64,000 nt of DNA from Chloroflexota bacterium (GCA_016190825.1 JACPPV010000004.1:141-64140); one strand, 5' to 3'. Shown: positions 10,431 through 21,403, counted from the first letter of the stretch. Made by a program: numbers and translations. The notes: generated by a model not told the origin, from the letters alone.

Positions 10431-12554
10431 ATGGTTCACAGCTCTCAGAGCCGTAGCGGACAATTGAGTGAACGTGCGGGAATTCGTCTTAAGAAGGAGC
10501 CACCCGTAGGACGGCAGGCCTACCGCCGGGCCGTTATCGATACTTTCCTGAAGCTGAACCCGCGCTGGATGGTACGCAATCCGGTCATGTTTGTTACCGA
10601 AGTTGGTAGCCTACTGACCACTGTCTTATATGTTCAAGCGCTTACCGGCCATGGCGAAGCAAATGCGGCTTTCATCGGTGGGGTGGCTCTATGGCTTTGG
10701 CTTACCGTGCTTTTTGCCAACTTCTCCGAGGCTCTGGCGGAAGGTCGAGGGAAGGCACAGGCAGCCGCACTGCGTCGCGCCCGTAAAGAAACACAGGCGA
10801 AGCGCCTGGTGCAGCCGGAGCATGCGGCTAAATACGAACTGGTACCCTCCAGTACCATGCGACAAGACGATGTTTTCCTGGTCGAAGCTGGTGACATAAT
10901 TTCGTCCGACGGCGAAGTGATTGAAGGCGTAGCTTCAGTAGATGAGAGCGCGGTGACCGGCGAGAGCGCCCCCGTGATCCGTGAATCTGGTGGAGACCGG
11001 AGCGCAGTTACCGGCGGCACGCGGGTCCTGTCCGACTGGCTGGTGGTAAGGGTAACGGCCAGCCCCGGTGAGGGATTTCTGGACCGCATGATAGCGCTCG
11101 TGGAGGGGGCGCGACGCCAGAAGACGCCCAACGAAATTGCGCTTAACATTTTACTCTCGGCGTTTACGATTGTATTTCTCACCGTTTGTATTGCATTGTT
11201 GCCATTTTCCCTGTACAGCGTCAACATCAATAATGAAGGCACACCCATCACTATCACCGTACTGATCGCTCTGCTGGTCTGCCTGATTCCGACCACCATT
11301 GGGGGTTTATTGCCAGCTATCGGCATTGCTGGAATGGACCGTCTCATCCGGCGCAACGTCATTGCCCTGTCGGGGCGGGCCGTCGAGGCCGCCGGGGATG
11401 TGGACGTGCTGCTGCTGGACAAAACGGGCACCATAACCCTGGGCAACCGGCAGGCAGTCGAATTCATACCGGTTGGGAAAGTGGACGCCCGGGAACTCGC
11501 TGAGACCGTGCAGCTGGCATCTCTGGCTGATGAGACGCCCGAAGGCCGCAGCATCGTGGTCCTGGCGAAAGAAAAATACGGGCTAAGAGGAGGTGCTGCG
11601 GCCGATAAACAGCGCGTCATGCGTTTCATTCCATTTTCGGCCCAGACGCGAATGAGTGGCGTAGACATGGATGGGGTAAGCATCCGGAAGGGTGCGGTCG
11701 ATGCCGTGACGGCCTATATTCAGAAACAGGGCAAGCCTGTGCCGGAGCAACTCATTGCGATTTCGGACAGTATTTCCAGGAGTGGCGGAACGCCTCTCGC
11801 AGTCACCCGTGATGCTGAAGCATTGGGCGTAGTTCATCTAAAAGACATTGTCAAAGGCGGCATCAAGGAACGTTTCGTTCAGATGCGAAAAATGGGTATC
11901 CGGACGGTTATGATTACCGGCGATAACACGCTCACGGCGACGGCCATCGCCGCTGAAGCCGGGGTGGACGATTTTCTGGCCCAGGCTACTCCTGAAACCA
12001 AGCTGAAGCTGATACGTGAGAGCCAGGCTGATGGAAGAATAGTAGCCATGACTGGCGATGGCACCAATGACGCCCCGGCCCTGGCGCAGGCCGATGTAGC
12101 TGTGGCCATGAATACCGGGACCCAGGCTGCCCGCGAAGCTGCCAACATGATTGACCTTGACAGCAATCCTACCAAGCTCATCGAAATAGTCGAAACAGGC
12201 AAGCAGTTGCTTATGACGCGTGGCGCCTTAACTACCTTCAGCATAGCCAATGACGTTTCCAAGTATTTCGCAATCATCCCGGCGGCATTCGCCGGGACGT
12301 ATCCCGCACTGGAGACTTTGAACTTCATGCGCCTAGCCACGCCGGTAAGCGCAGTCCTGTCGGCGGTAATATTCAACGCGCTGGTCATCATGTTGCTGGT
12401 ACCCATAGCCCTGCGCGGCGTGCCATATCATCCTCACGTAGCGGGAAAGCTTCTGCGTGAGCATTTGTTGACTTACGGAGTTGGCGGTCTGATTGCGCCG
12501 TTCATCGGAATTAAGTTGATTGACCTTATTCTGGTAGTCCTGCATTTGACATAG
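10431..12554 (+). CDS. kdpB: Potassium-transporting P-type ATPase subunit B
   Basis: 707 aa. P-type motifs DKTGTIT, TGDN and [10 protein letters not shown]. Confidence 0.95.
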   Translation: MVHSSQSRSGQLSERAGIRLKKEPPVGRQAYRRAVIDTFLKLNPRWMVRNPVMFVTEVGSLLTTVLYVQALTGHGEANAAFIGGVALWLWLTVLFANFSEALAEGRGKAQAAALRRARKETQAKRLVQPEHAAKYELVPSSTMRQDDVFLVEAGDIISSDGEVIEGVASVDESAVTGESAPVIRESGGDRSAVTGGTRVLSDWLVVRVTASPGEGFLDRMIALVEGARRQKTPNEIALNILLSAFTIVFLTVCIALLPFSLYSVNINNEGTPITITVLIALLVCLIPTTIGGLLPAIGIAGMDRLIRRNVIALSGRAVEAAGDVDVLLLDKTGTITLGNRQAVEFIPVGKVDARELAETVQLASLADETPEGRSIVVLAKEKYGLRGGAAADKQRVMRFIPFSAQTRMSGVDMDGVSIRKGAVDAVTAYIQKQGKPVPEQLIAISDSISRSGGTPLAVTRDAEALGVVHLKDIVKGGIKERFVQMRKMGIRTVMITGDNTLTATAIAAEAGVDDFLAQATPETKLKLIRESQADGRIVAMTGDGTNDAPALAQADVAVAMNTGTQAAREAANMIDLDSNPTKLIEIVETGKQLLMTRGALTTFSIANDVSKYFAIIPAAFAGTYPALETLNFMRLATPVSAVLSAVIFNALVIMLLVPIALRGVPYHPHVAGKLLREHLLTYGVGGLIAPFIGIKLIDLILVVLHLT

Positions 12555-12579
12555 AAGATAGAAGAAGGAAGTTCGAGTA

Positions 12580-13155
12580 ATGGGACGGCAGATAAGATCC
12601 GGTCTTGTGCTCCTGGGACTATTTACGGTAATCACCGGGATAGTTTATCCCCTGGTGGTGACGGGTATTGCCCAGGCTTTTTTCCATCGCCAGGCTAACG
12701 GGAGTATCATTACAGCCAACGGAGAGAGCAACGGTTCGGAACTGATCGGCCAGCCATTTAGCGCCCCGAAATACTTCTGGGGCAGACCCTCCGCAACGTC
12801 GCCCTTCCCCTATAATGCCGCGTCTTCTGCCGGCTCGAACTACGGGCCTTTTAACCCCGCGTTCCGGGAGGCGGTCCAGGCACGAGTAGAAGCCCTCACG
12901 GGTAGTGACCTGGATAATGACCGGGCGGGGGTACCGGTGGACCTGGTCACCTCTTCCGCCAGCGGTCTGGACCCACATATAAGCATTGCAGCAGCCCGGT
13001 ATCAGGCACCGCGTGTCGCCCGGTACCGCGGTTTGAGCGTGGAGCAGGTCAATTTGCTGATTGACCACATTGCTGAGGACCGGCAGTTTGGTATCTTCGG
13101 CGAGCCGCGTGTGAACGTTCTTCAACTTAATCTGGCGCTGGACCAACTGAAATAG
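12580..13155 (+). CDS. kdpC: Potassium-transporting ATPase subunit C
   Basis: 191 aa. N-terminal TM helix and KdpC-like core (SGLDPHIS). Confidence 0.9.
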   Translation: MGRQIRSGLVLLGLFTVITGIVYPLVVTGIAQAFFHRQANGSIITANGESNGSELIGQPFSAPKYFWGRPSATSPFPYNAASSAGSNYGPFNPAFREAVQARVEALTGSDLDNDRAGVPVDLVTSSASGLDPHISIAAARYQAPRVARYRGLSVEQVNLLIDHIAEDRQFGIFGEPRVNVLQLNLALDQLK

Positions 13156-13202
13156 ACATGCCCGGTCACAAAGCTTACAATTAGGGCGGAGATGTAGATT
13201 AT

Positions 13203-15908
13203 ATGACCGAAGAATATCCTCGTCCCAGTGCTGACGAGTTACTGGCACGGATCAAGGCAGAGGAAGCGCAGGAGAAGCGTGGTAAACTGAAGATCTTTCT
13301 CGGCTACGCTGCCGGCGTTGGTAAAACTTATACCATGCTTGACGCGGCTCGCGTGATGAAAAAGGACACAGATATTGTAGTCGCCGTCGTCGAGACACAC
13401 GGCCGGGCTGAGACAGAGGCTCTCATGGAAGGTCTTGAGGTTATCCCCCGCCGACAGATAAACTACCGCGGCATCAAATTATCGGAGATGGACCTTGATG
13501 CGGTACTTGAGCGCCATCCAAAGCTGGCGCTGGTTGACGAGCTTGCCCACGAAAATGCTCCGGAATCACGTCATGCCAAGCGCTATCAGGATGTGGAGGA
13601 ACTCCTTAGCTCTGGAATCGACGTTTACACTACCCTCAATATCCAGCATGTGGAAAGTCTGCGCGACGCGGTAGCGCAGATTACCGGTGTTTGGGTGCGC
13701 GAAGCAGTGCCCGATAGCGTCATAGATAGTGCCGCAGAGATTGAGCTCGTTGACTTGCCTCCCGACGAACTGCTAAAGCGGCTCAAGGAAGGCAAAGTCT
13801 ACGTTCCAGAGCAGATAGCCTTGGCTATCGATCAATTTTTCCAAAAGGGCAACCTCATCGCACTGCGCGAGTTGACTATGCGTATTGCTGCCAAACATGT
13901 AGATGAGCAGACACTAGCATATATGAAAGCCCATGCTATACGCGGCCCGTGGCCATCCGGGGAACGCCTTCTGGTCTGCATAAGTTCTGACTCCCTGGGT
14001 ACCCGGCTAATACGCAGCGCTCGACGACTGGCCTACGAATTGGGGGCTGAGTGGGCGGCGATATATGTTGAGACGCCGGAGCACGTACGTCTATCTTCTG
14101 AGCAGCAGGACCAGTTGACGGAAACCCTCCACCTGGCGCAACGCCTGGGAGCGAAGACGGTAACTCTTCAGGGCGACTCGATTGCAAAAACGATCATGCA
14201 ATATGCGGCCGATAACAACATTTCCAAGATTGTCGTTTCGAGACCGCAGAAGGGCTATGCGAAAGGGTTATTCAGGCGGTCGCTTACTGACCAGCTATTG
14301 CGCCAGGGTGAAAACTTTGATATCCACGTGGTGAGTCGGGGAGAAGTTATGCGCCGAAGCCACGTGCCGGCCGGAGCGTTTGTTGTTGGCTGGCAGGGGC
14401 ATTTGCAGGGCCTGGGGTTAATCGCATTGGCCACCGCTCTGGGCAAACTGGTTCCCGAGTTCTTCGCACCAGCCAACATGATAATGCTCTACCTGCTCTG
14501 CGTACTTGTTACTGCTTTCTTATGGGGATTCGGCCCATCGGTCCTTGTGTCCGTCATAAGCGTGCTCATATTCGACTTCCTGTTCACACCACCGTTCTAT
14601 ACGTTCACTGTTTATGATACGAGGTATATTTTTACGTTCATCGTGTTGTTGCTGGCTGGTTTGGTTATCAGCTTCCTGATGAGGAGAATCCATGACCATG
14701 CCGAAGCAGCGACGCGCCACGAAAGACAGACGTCCGCCCTGTACGCTTTGGGCCGTGACCTGGCTGCTTCCAATAGTCTTGAGTCCTATGTCATCGCCAT
14801 TGTCCGGAGACTGAAAGAGACCTTCGAACGAGATGCCATCATTTTTTTGCCTGCTCCTACAAATAGGGGAGAGATGGAGCCATACGCGGACCGTCCGGAT
14901 GTCACCGTCAGCGAAAATGAAATGGCGGCGGCTGTATGGTCCTTCCAGCACCAAAGAAGCGCGGGACGCGGAACCGATACCCTTCCCAATGCCGCAGCTC
15001 GCTATTTACCGCTGGTCACCGGCCGGGGGACAGTCGGAGTTTTATCTTTGAGTGCCAACGACTCTGGCCGTGAGTTGACTATTGAGCAAGAACGTCTCCT
15101 TGGAGCTTACGCAGACCTTACCGCAGTCGCACTAGAGGGCATCCAACTGGAAGAAGAAGCCCACAACGCGAAGGTATTGAGCCAGGTCTTGAGGGATGCC
15201 GAGAAACTGCAAACAGCTCTTATTAACTCAATTTCGCACGACCTGCGAACCCCGCTCGTATCTATCATCGGTACTCTTAGCAGCCTGCAGGAAGAAGGGA
15301 TGCGCCTGGATGACGCCTCCAGGAGGAACATGATACAGGTTGCCCGTGAGGAAGCGGATAGGCTGAATCGCTTGATAGCTAACCTCCTCGATGTATCCAG
15401 ACTGGAAGCCGGCGCGCTGAAAATAAACAGGCAGCCTGCGGACGCTCAGGACCTTGTTGGTGCAGCGTTGGAGCAGCTTGGTGACCGCGCTCGTGCCCGT
15501 CCGATCACTGTAGACCTGACAGAAGGGTTACCCTTTGCATCCGTGGATTTTGGACTGACTGTACAGACGCTGGTGAACGTCCTGGATAACGCCCTGAAAT
15601 ATTCGCCCGCCGACTCGCCAATTGAAATCAGAGGCAGGCACATTGACCATGAAATCCACATTGAAGTGGCGGACCGGGGTCCCGGCATTCTACCACAGGA
15701 CCTGGAACACGTATTTGACAAGTTTTACCGCATACAACGCCCGGATAAAGTAACCGGCACAGGCCTGGGGCTGTCTATCTCCAGGGGAATAGTTGAAGCT
15801 CAAGGTGGCCGCATCGCCGCCGAGAACCGCCATGGCGGCGGGACAGTTATCAGCATAACCTTACCGGCGGATGAGTCACGCCGGAGTGGTAATGGAAATC
15901 ATGACTAG
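13203..15908 (+). CDS. kdpD: Sensor histidine kinase KdpD
   Basis: 901 aa. N-terminal KdpD domain (GYAAGVGKTY), Usp-like domain, TM block, GAF-like region, HisKA (SHDLRTPL) and HATPase (GTGLGLSI). Confidence 0.9.
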   Translation: MTEEYPRPSADELLARIKAEEAQEKRGKLKIFLGYAAGVGKTYTMLDAARVMKKDTDIVVAVVETHGRAETEALMEGLEVIPRRQINYRGIKLSEMDLDAVLERHPKLALVDELAHENAPESRHAKRYQDVEELLSSGIDVYTTLNIQHVESLRDAVAQITGVWVREAVPDSVIDSAAEIELVDLPPDELLKRLKEGKVYVPEQIALAIDQFFQKGNLIALRELTMRIAAKHVDEQTLAYMKAHAIRGPWPSGERLLVCISSDSLGTRLIRSARRLAYELGAEWAAIYVETPEHVRLSSEQQDQLTETLHLAQRLGAKTVTLQGDSIAKTIMQYAADNNISKIVVSRPQKGYAKGLFRRSLTDQLLRQGENFDIHVVSRGEVMRRSHVPAGAFVVGWQGHLQGLGLIALATALGKLVPEFFAPANMIMLYLLCVLVTAFLWGFGPSVLVSVISVLIFDFLFTPPFYTFTVYDTRYIFTFIVLLLAGLVISFLMRRIHDHAEAATRHERQTSALYALGRDLAASNSLESYVIAIVRRLKETFERDAIIFLPAPTNRGEMEPYADRPDVTVSENEMAAAVWSFQHQRSAGRGTDTLPNAAARYLPLVTGRGTVGVLSLSANDSGRELTIEQERLLGAYADLTAVALEGIQLEEEAHNAKVLSQVLRDAEKLQTALINSISHDLRTPLVSIIGTLSSLQEEGMRLDDASRRNMIQVAREEADRLNRLIANLLDVSRLEAGALKINRQPADAQDLVGAALEQLGDRARARPITVDLTEGLPFASVDFGLTVQTLVNVLDNALKYSPADSPIEIRGRHIDHEIHIEVADRGPGILPQDLEHVFDKFYRIQRPDKVTGTGLGLSISRGIVEAQGGRIAAENRHGGGTVISITLPADESRRSGNGNHD

Positions 15909-16035
15909 CCACCGTGTGCTCATAATTGACGACGAAAAGTTTTTAGGCGATTCCCTAAATGGGATTTACCTAAGCCTAGTGTGGCAATCTCAAAAGCACG
16001 GTGGCGCGCTGAAATTGATTCAACTTGATTTTTGA
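15901..16035 (+). pseudogene. kdpE: Truncated kdpE response-regulator remnant
   Basis: ATG overlaps the kdpD stop. MTSHRVLIIDDEKFLG resembles a receiver N-terminus, then diverges and stops after 44 codons. Confidence 0.5.
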
Positions 16036-16178
16036 AAGAGCAGCCTCAAATCCGGAGCCTTCGGAGATCCATCGCCTGACTTCATTGAGAATTTCAAGCA
16101 CGGCTTTGCGAAAAACGATCCCCAATAATGAGATGGCTACTGGCCAGATAGCAGTTTAGAGCAATGGAATCCAATCTT

Positions 16179-17378
16179 TCATCTTCCCTTCACCGCCCGC
16201 TCTATCCTCTTTAGTCCTTCTTCGAGTGTGGCGCGCGGACAGGCGATGTTCATCCGCTGGAAGCCCGATCCGCCGGCGCCGAAGACATAACCGTCTTCCA
16301 ATCCAACAAGTGCCTTTTCACGGAAGAGCGTTCGGAGGTTGGCATCATCCATGCCCAGTCCGCGGCAGTCCAGCCAGACCAGGTAGGTTCCCTCAGGCTT
16401 GACCACCTTTATCTCCGGAATTCTCTCTTCAAAATAACGGACCAGGAAGTCTAGATTGCCTTGCAGATAGTCAAGGAGTTGCTCCAGCCACTCATCGCCA
16501 TAGCGGTAAGCGGCCTCAAGACCCACCAGCCCGAAAGCGTTCGGTCCCGGCATTATCCCGGCGCGGGCGGCATTGAATCTTTCCCGTATCTTTCTATCCG
16601 GAATGATGATAGATGACGCCCTTAGCCCGGCGAGGTTGAATGTCTTACTGGGTGCCATGCACACGATGCTGTTCCGGGCGAACTCCTCGGAGATCGCGGC
16701 GAAGGGCACATGGCTGAAACCACGGAAAAGCAACTCGCAGTGAATCTCATCGGAGACCATGATGGCATCGTTCCTGATGACGGTTTCACCCATCCGGGTC
16801 AATTCTTCTCTCGTCCAAACGCGCCCTACCGGATTGTGCGGATGGCAGAGGATCATCAGCCGTATTCGGGGAGAAACGTGTCCCATTCCGCCAGCCCGCA
16901 GCCGGAATCTTCTCTCCAGGTCATCAAAATCAACCTCATAGTGGCCGTTGATGAGCTTTAACTGGTTATTTACCACGGCGCATCCGTTGGCGGTAACCGA
17001 AGAGCGGAAAGGGCCGTAAACCGGCTCCTGGATGATGACCTCATCATCAGGATGGGTGAAGGCCTTGACGGAGGCGTGGAGCGCTGAAACAACACCCGGC
17101 GTGAAGACTACCCATTCCGGCTCAATCTTCCAGTCATATTTCCGTTTCATCCGCTCGATTACCGCCTCCACTACGGATGGCGCCGTTTGCGTATAGCCGT
17201 AAATCTCATGCTCCGTCCGCTTCTTGATGGCCTCGGCGATGGGCGTGGCGATGCAGAAGTCCATGTCTGCCACCCACATCGGCAGGACATCCTTGCTGCC
17301 GAAAAGCGCTTCACGGTTGTCCCACTTCGAGCAGTTGGTGCCGCAGCGGTCAACTATGCAATCAAAATCGTATTTCAT
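16179..17378 (-). CDS. PatB/MalY-type PLP-dependent C-S lyase (class I/II aminotransferase fold)
   Basis: MKYDFDCIVDRCGTNCSKWDN is a typical N-terminus. ATG 17378 is preceded by GAGGAGG. The track ORF opens at 17408. Confidence 0.85.
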   Translation of the reverse strand: MKYDFDCIVDRCGTNCSKWDNREALFGSKDVLPMWVADMDFCIATPIAEAIKKRTEHEIYGYTQTAPSVVEAVIERMKRKYDWKIEPEWVVFTPGVVSALHASVKAFTHPDDEVIIQEPVYGPFRSSVTANGCAVVNNQLKLINGHYEVDFDDLERRFRLRAGGMGHVSPRIRLMILCHPHNPVGRVWTREELTRMGETVIRNDAIMVSDEIHCELLFRGFSHVPFAAISEEFARNSIVCMAPSKTFNLAGLRASSIIIPDRKIRERFNAARAGIMPGPNAFGLVGLEAAYRYGDEWLEQLLDYLQGNLDFLVRYFEERIPEIKVVKPEGTYLVWLDCRGLGMDDANLRTLFREKALVGLEDGYVFGAGGSGFQRMNIACPRATLEEGLKRIERAVKGR

Positions 17379-17604
17379 CCTGTCCTCCTCTGGCGGAACT
17401 GCTTCCATGATACCCCTTCTGCGAAGGTCATGACAAGGGAAGTCTTTTCCTCACTCCGGACGAAGCAGATTACTCCCTTTGGACAATAAATTTCTTCGAA
17501 TGGCCGATGACAGATTTTTGTAATTTTTTCATTCTTAATTTTATAACAATTGCATCGCTGGCCGTTTAAAATTTGAGCATACGCTACTTGAGAGGAGGTT
17601 CACC

Positions 17605-17832
17605 ATGACACTATCTACTTTGAAACCTCGAGGAACAACCATGTTGGCCGGGGAAAAAGCGGCGGCGATGTCCGGTGAGTTTGTAGCCCTGTGCCCTACC
17701 TGCAAGGCTGTTCAAACAATCTGGCTGGACAATGACCGGCTTACGCCGACCCGGAAGTTTAGCCAGCATTCCAGGCACGTTTATCATGACTGCGGCTCGA
17801 GCGAGCCATGCCGCCTCTACCGGACATATTGA
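17605..17832 (+). CDS. Small Cys-rich (zinc-ribbon-like) hypothetical protein
   Basis: 75 aa. CPTC...HDC...C pattern. Strong SD GAGAGGAGG upstream. Confidence 0.5.
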   Translation: MTLSTLKPRGTTMLAGEKAAAMSGEFVALCPTCKAVQTIWLDNDRLTPTRKFSQHSRHVYHDCGSSEPCRLYRTY

Positions 17833-17904
17833 CCGACAGGGCGAACTGTTCTAAATCCCAGTAGCGCGAATCATGAAAACCATAATACAAAGAAGGAGAA
17901 GGCG

Positions 17905-19146
17905 ATGCACCATGTTCAGTCCGTGATTCTGGCCGGGGGCAAAGGGACGAGAATGGACGTCCTCTGCCATTTTCGCCCGAAGCCGATGCTGCCATTCGCA
18001 GGCAAGTTTCATGTCATTGATTTTACCCTCAGCAACTGCGTTTACTCCGGAGTCGGCAATATTGCGGTGCTGACTGACTATCAGCGTTCTCACATAGCCA
18101 ATTATCTGGGCCGCTGGGCCACTGTGAACTTTGATCCGGCCAGTTTTCGCATCCTTGAGCCGCAGAAAGGCTCTTACAAGGGTACGGCGGATGCTGTTTA
18201 CCAGAACCTGGACAGCTTTTACGGCGCGGATAAGGTGCTGGTGCTCGCCGGTGACCATATTTATAAGCTGGATTACCGCCAGATGCTGGCTTTTCATGAC
18301 AGCGTCAGGGCGGATGTTACAGTCGGCGTGGTGCAGGTCCCTATTGAGGAAGCCCACCGCTTCGGCACTGTGGCCACTGAAGCCGATAGCAGGATATATG
18401 ATTTTCTGGAAAAGTCACCCGTCTCCCAGAGCAATCTGGCTTCGATGGGCATCTATATTTTCAACCGGGATGTTCTTGCCAGTTATGTGATTGACGATGC
18501 TGCCAACCACAATTCACGGCATGATTTTGGCTACTCAATACTTCCCAGGGTGGTTAAGCAGGAGAGAACGTTCGCTTACCGGTTCGATGACTACTGGCAG
18601 GACATCGGTACAATGGGAGCCTACTATATGGCGAACATGGATATTATTGCCAGGCAGCCAGCTTTCAGCCTGAATGGTGCCACCCCGGTGTTGACTGCAG
18701 ATGAAGACCATTCCCAATCGCGCATTTTTAAGCAGGCGAGCGTGCGTAACAGTATCATCGGTGCGGGATGCGTCATCAAGGGACACGTGGAAAACTCTAT
18801 TCTTTCTCCCGGCGTCTGGGTCGAAGAGCAGGCGGTGGTCAGAAACTCGGTGGTCATGTACGGCGGCTTCGTTGGTTATCATAGCATTGTCAATTCTTCT
18901 GTTCTCGATGAGCGAGTGAATATCGGGGATTTTTGCTACATCGGTTTTGGCTCCGGTCCAGCCAGCAATGAGCCTGACCTTACCATTCTGGGGAAAGATG
19001 TCAAAGTCCCTCCCCATACCGCCGTCGGGCGGAACTGTCGAGTCTTGCCCCATGTAGGTCATACAGATTTCAGCGCAAGGGCTGTTCCATCCGGGGCAAC
19101 TATCTCTCCGCGAGCATCCGTTATGAATGTCCCGATTATAACGTAG
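17905..19146 (+). CDS. Glucose-1-phosphate adenylyltransferase (GlgC)-family nucleotidyltransferase
   Basis: 413 aa. ILAGGKGTRM...RPKPMLPFAG N-terminal NTP-transferase motif and a C-terminal left-handed beta-helix-like region. Confidence 0.8.
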   Translation: MHHVQSVILAGGKGTRMDVLCHFRPKPMLPFAGKFHVIDFTLSNCVYSGVGNIAVLTDYQRSHIANYLGRWATVNFDPASFRILEPQKGSYKGTADAVYQNLDSFYGADKVLVLAGDHIYKLDYRQMLAFHDSVRADVTVGVVQVPIEEAHRFGTVATEADSRIYDFLEKSPVSQSNLASMGIYIFNRDVLASYVIDDAANHNSRHDFGYSILPRVVKQERTFAYRFDDYWQDIGTMGAYYMANMDIIARQPAFSLNGATPVLTADEDHSQSRIFKQASVRNSIIGAGCVIKGHVENSILSPGVWVEEQAVVRNSVVMYGGFVGYHSIVNSSVLDERVNIGDFCYIGFGSGPASNEPDLTILGKDVKVPPHTAVGRNCRVLPHVGHTDFSARAVPSGATISPRASVMNVPIIT

Positions 19147-19155
19147 GAGGAAAAC

Positions 19156-19428
19156 ATGGAAGCGAGGGTGTATGTTCTGTTGAATACCGTCGACAACTGT
19201 ACCGATCAGGTTCTTGAGACTCTCCGCGGCCGGCCCGGAATACTGATGGCTGACCGGCTTGAGGGCCCCCATGATGTGATGATTGTCATGGAGGCCCCGG
19301 ACCGGGCGAAGCTCGCGGAACGGATGGTGCGGGCGCTCGCGCAGGTGGAGTCAATGACCGAGGACCTCACATTGTTGCCCGCTGAGACTGGCTATGTGCG
19401 CCCGGCTTTTGCCTGCCACAAAGGCTAA
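19156..19428 (+). CDS. Small Lrp/AsnC-ligand-binding-like (ACT/RAM-like) protein
   Basis: 90 aa. Good SD (GGAGGA). The family call rests on weak resemblance only. Confidence 0.4.
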   Translation: MEARVYVLLNTVDNCTDQVLETLRGRPGILMADRLEGPHDVMIVMEAPDRAKLAERMVRALAQVESMTEDLTLLPAETGYVRPAFACHKG

Positions 19429-19470
19429 ACATGGAGTAAGCCCGTGTTATTCTATCGCAATGGAGGATAA

Positions 19471-19950
19471 ATGTATCAAAAGATCATGGTACCCCTGGAT
19501 GGCTCTAAACTGGCTGAGTGTGTGCTCCCGCATCTGGATGCTGTTGCTAAAGGCTGCCAGGTGAAGGAGATACTGTTTGTTCAGGTGGTTGAACCTTTCT
19601 ATATGCGCATGATAGCCGCCTATGACGGCCAGGGATATACTTTCCGCGATGACCTGATCAAGGAAGTCGATGAAGAAAACGAAAGACAAGCAAGAGAATA
19701 TCTCGGTCGGACAATGGCCAGCGCCAGATACGAGGGAACAAACGTCAAGGCGGAAATAGTAATAGGCAATCCGGCTGATAGCCTTGCCGAGTATGCCACC
19801 AAGAACCAGGTAGACCTTATCCTGATAGCTACCCACGGGCGCTCGGGCGTTACCCGTTGGGTGTGGGGAAGCGTCGCTGATAGGATACTACGCTCCGCCT
19901 GTGTACCGGTCTTGATGGTGAGGGCGCCCGGCTGCGTGCCCGGTATCTAG
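19471..19950 (+). CDS. Universal stress protein
   Basis: 159 aa. Usp C-terminal motif ATHGRSGVTRWVWGSVADRILR. Confidence 0.85.
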   Translation: MYQKIMVPLDGSKLAECVLPHLDAVAKGCQVKEILFVQVVEPFYMRMIAAYDGQGYTFRDDLIKEVDEENERQAREYLGRTMASARYEGTNVKAEIVIGNPADSLAEYATKNQVDLILIATHGRSGVTRWVWGSVADRILRSACVPVLMVRAPGCVPGI

Positions 19951-19978
19951 AATGACGTCAGATGAATAATGTACATCT

Positions 19979-20143
19979 GGTCATTGTGAGTCACGGCAAA
20001 TTGGGATGCGGCACTTCATTCGATAATGTCATTCCCTGCCCCGTGTCAGAGCACGGGGTAAACTACGGCGGAGAAGCTACTCCTGCCTGCACTGGATTCC
20101 CGCTCCCGTATCACGGTGCGGGACAAGCTTCGCGGGAATGACA
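19979..20143. repeat. Composite cluster of three GTCATT-headed repeat modules
   Basis: Three modules: ggtcattgtgagtc... (19979..20026); tgtcattccc + CCCCGTG/CACGGGG hairpin + ...gagaagctactcc (20027..20083); and a reverse-oriented type A copy (20095..20143). Confidence 0.65.
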
Positions 20144-20286
20144 ATCTGGGGCTGAGGTTGCCACACGTAGTTTATCCCAAACTTCGAAAGAAGCAATGAT
20201 AGTTTCTGAACAGTCCTGGTTAAGGATACGGGGTCACTAAATCGACTGAGGCGGGGATGCCAGTCTTTCAAACAGGAGGTAAACAG

Positions 20287-20826
20287 GTGAATCGAACAGT
20301 CACACTTAAGGGAAAACCACTTGCGTTGGCCGGACCTGATCTCAAAACCGGGCAAAAAGCGCCGGACTTCAGGATGCTGGCGGCAGATGGAACGGAAGTA
20401 AGCCTTGCTGACAGCCGGGGAAATATCCGGCTGATGAGCATTGTGCACTCCCTGGATACTCCGATCTGCGACCTCCAAACGCAGAAATTCGAGGAGGAAG
20501 CGGCGAAATTCCCTGGGGTTGTCATATATGCCATAAGCATGGACTTGCCCTTTGCACAGGGGCGCTACTGCAGCGCACGCAATATCAAGAACCTGAAGAC
20601 CCTTTCCGATCACCGTGATGCGTCTTTCGGGCGGGCTTACGGAGTATTGATTGAAGAGCTGCGTTTGCACTCCCGTGCTATCTTCATAATCGACCGCGAA
20701 GATATTGTCCGCTATGTGGAATACGTTCCGGAGGTGGCGCAGCACCCAAACTACGATAAAGCCATCGAGGCTTTGAAAGGCATTGCCGCCTTGGCCGGTC
20801 AACCTGCAGTTTCCTTGAAGAAGTAA
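20287..20826 (+). CDS. tpx: Thiol peroxidase (Tpx-type peroxiredoxin)
   Basis: SLDTPIC peroxidatic Cys and GRYCSA resolving Cys contexts. GTG 20287 behind GGAGG. The track ORF opens at 20257. Confidence 0.85.
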   Translation: MNRTVTLKGKPLALAGPDLKTGQKAPDFRMLAADGTEVSLADSRGNIRLMSIVHSLDTPICDLQTQKFEEEAAKFPGVVIYAISMDLPFAQGRYCSARNIKNLKTLSDHRDASFGRAYGVLIEELRLHSRAIFIIDREDIVRYVEYVPEVAQHPNYDKAIEALKGIAALAGQPAVSLKK

Positions 20827-20851
20827 AGAAATAAGAAGGAGGAGGTGTCAG

Positions 20852-21289
20852 ATGAAGGTAGGAGATATTGCTCAGAAGGATGTATACTGCGCCAGTCCCA
20901 GTATGAACCTGGGCCAGATTGCCGCGATGATGAAGCGGCATGGGGTGGGTGCCCTGCCGGTGTGCAATGACGACGGCAAGCTAATCGGCATGATAACCGA
21001 CCGTGATATTGTTGTCAGTTGCGTTGCCGCCGATCTTAATCCCTGTGAGTGCAAAACGAGGGATTTTATGACCTCGAACCCGGTGGCCATATCAACAGAC
21101 ACCGATATGGAAGAGGCAGCCAGAATTATGGGCAAGGAGCAGATCCGGAGGCTGCCCATAGTGGACGAAGGCACGCTTGTGGGCATGCTTTCTCTGGGAG
21201 ATATTGCTGTGTCGATGGGCAACGACGCCCTGGTGGCTGAAACCTTGCGCAAGATTTCGAGTCCGACTAAAGCTGCCCTGGTATGTTAG
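20852..21289 (+). CDS. CBS domain pair protein
   Basis: 145 aa. Two CBS repeats (GVGALPV...GMITDRDI; IRRLPIVDEGTLVGMLSLGDI). Confidence 0.85.
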   Translation: MKVGDIAQKDVYCASPSMNLGQIAAMMKRHGVGALPVCNDDGKLIGMITDRDIVVSCVAADLNPCECKTRDFMTSNPVAISTDTDMEEAARIMGKEQIRRLPIVDEGTLVGMLSLGDIAVSMGNDALVAETLRKISSPTKAALVC

Positions 21290-21403
21290 ACGTCGGTTGA
21301 TAGCGAACAATTTGCGGGCTTACGTAGAACGGTGCGGTAACTTCGGGCCGATTCGGCAGCCGGGGACGATTCATGGCTCTGCCCTGACTGCGGGAGGAGA
21401 TAG

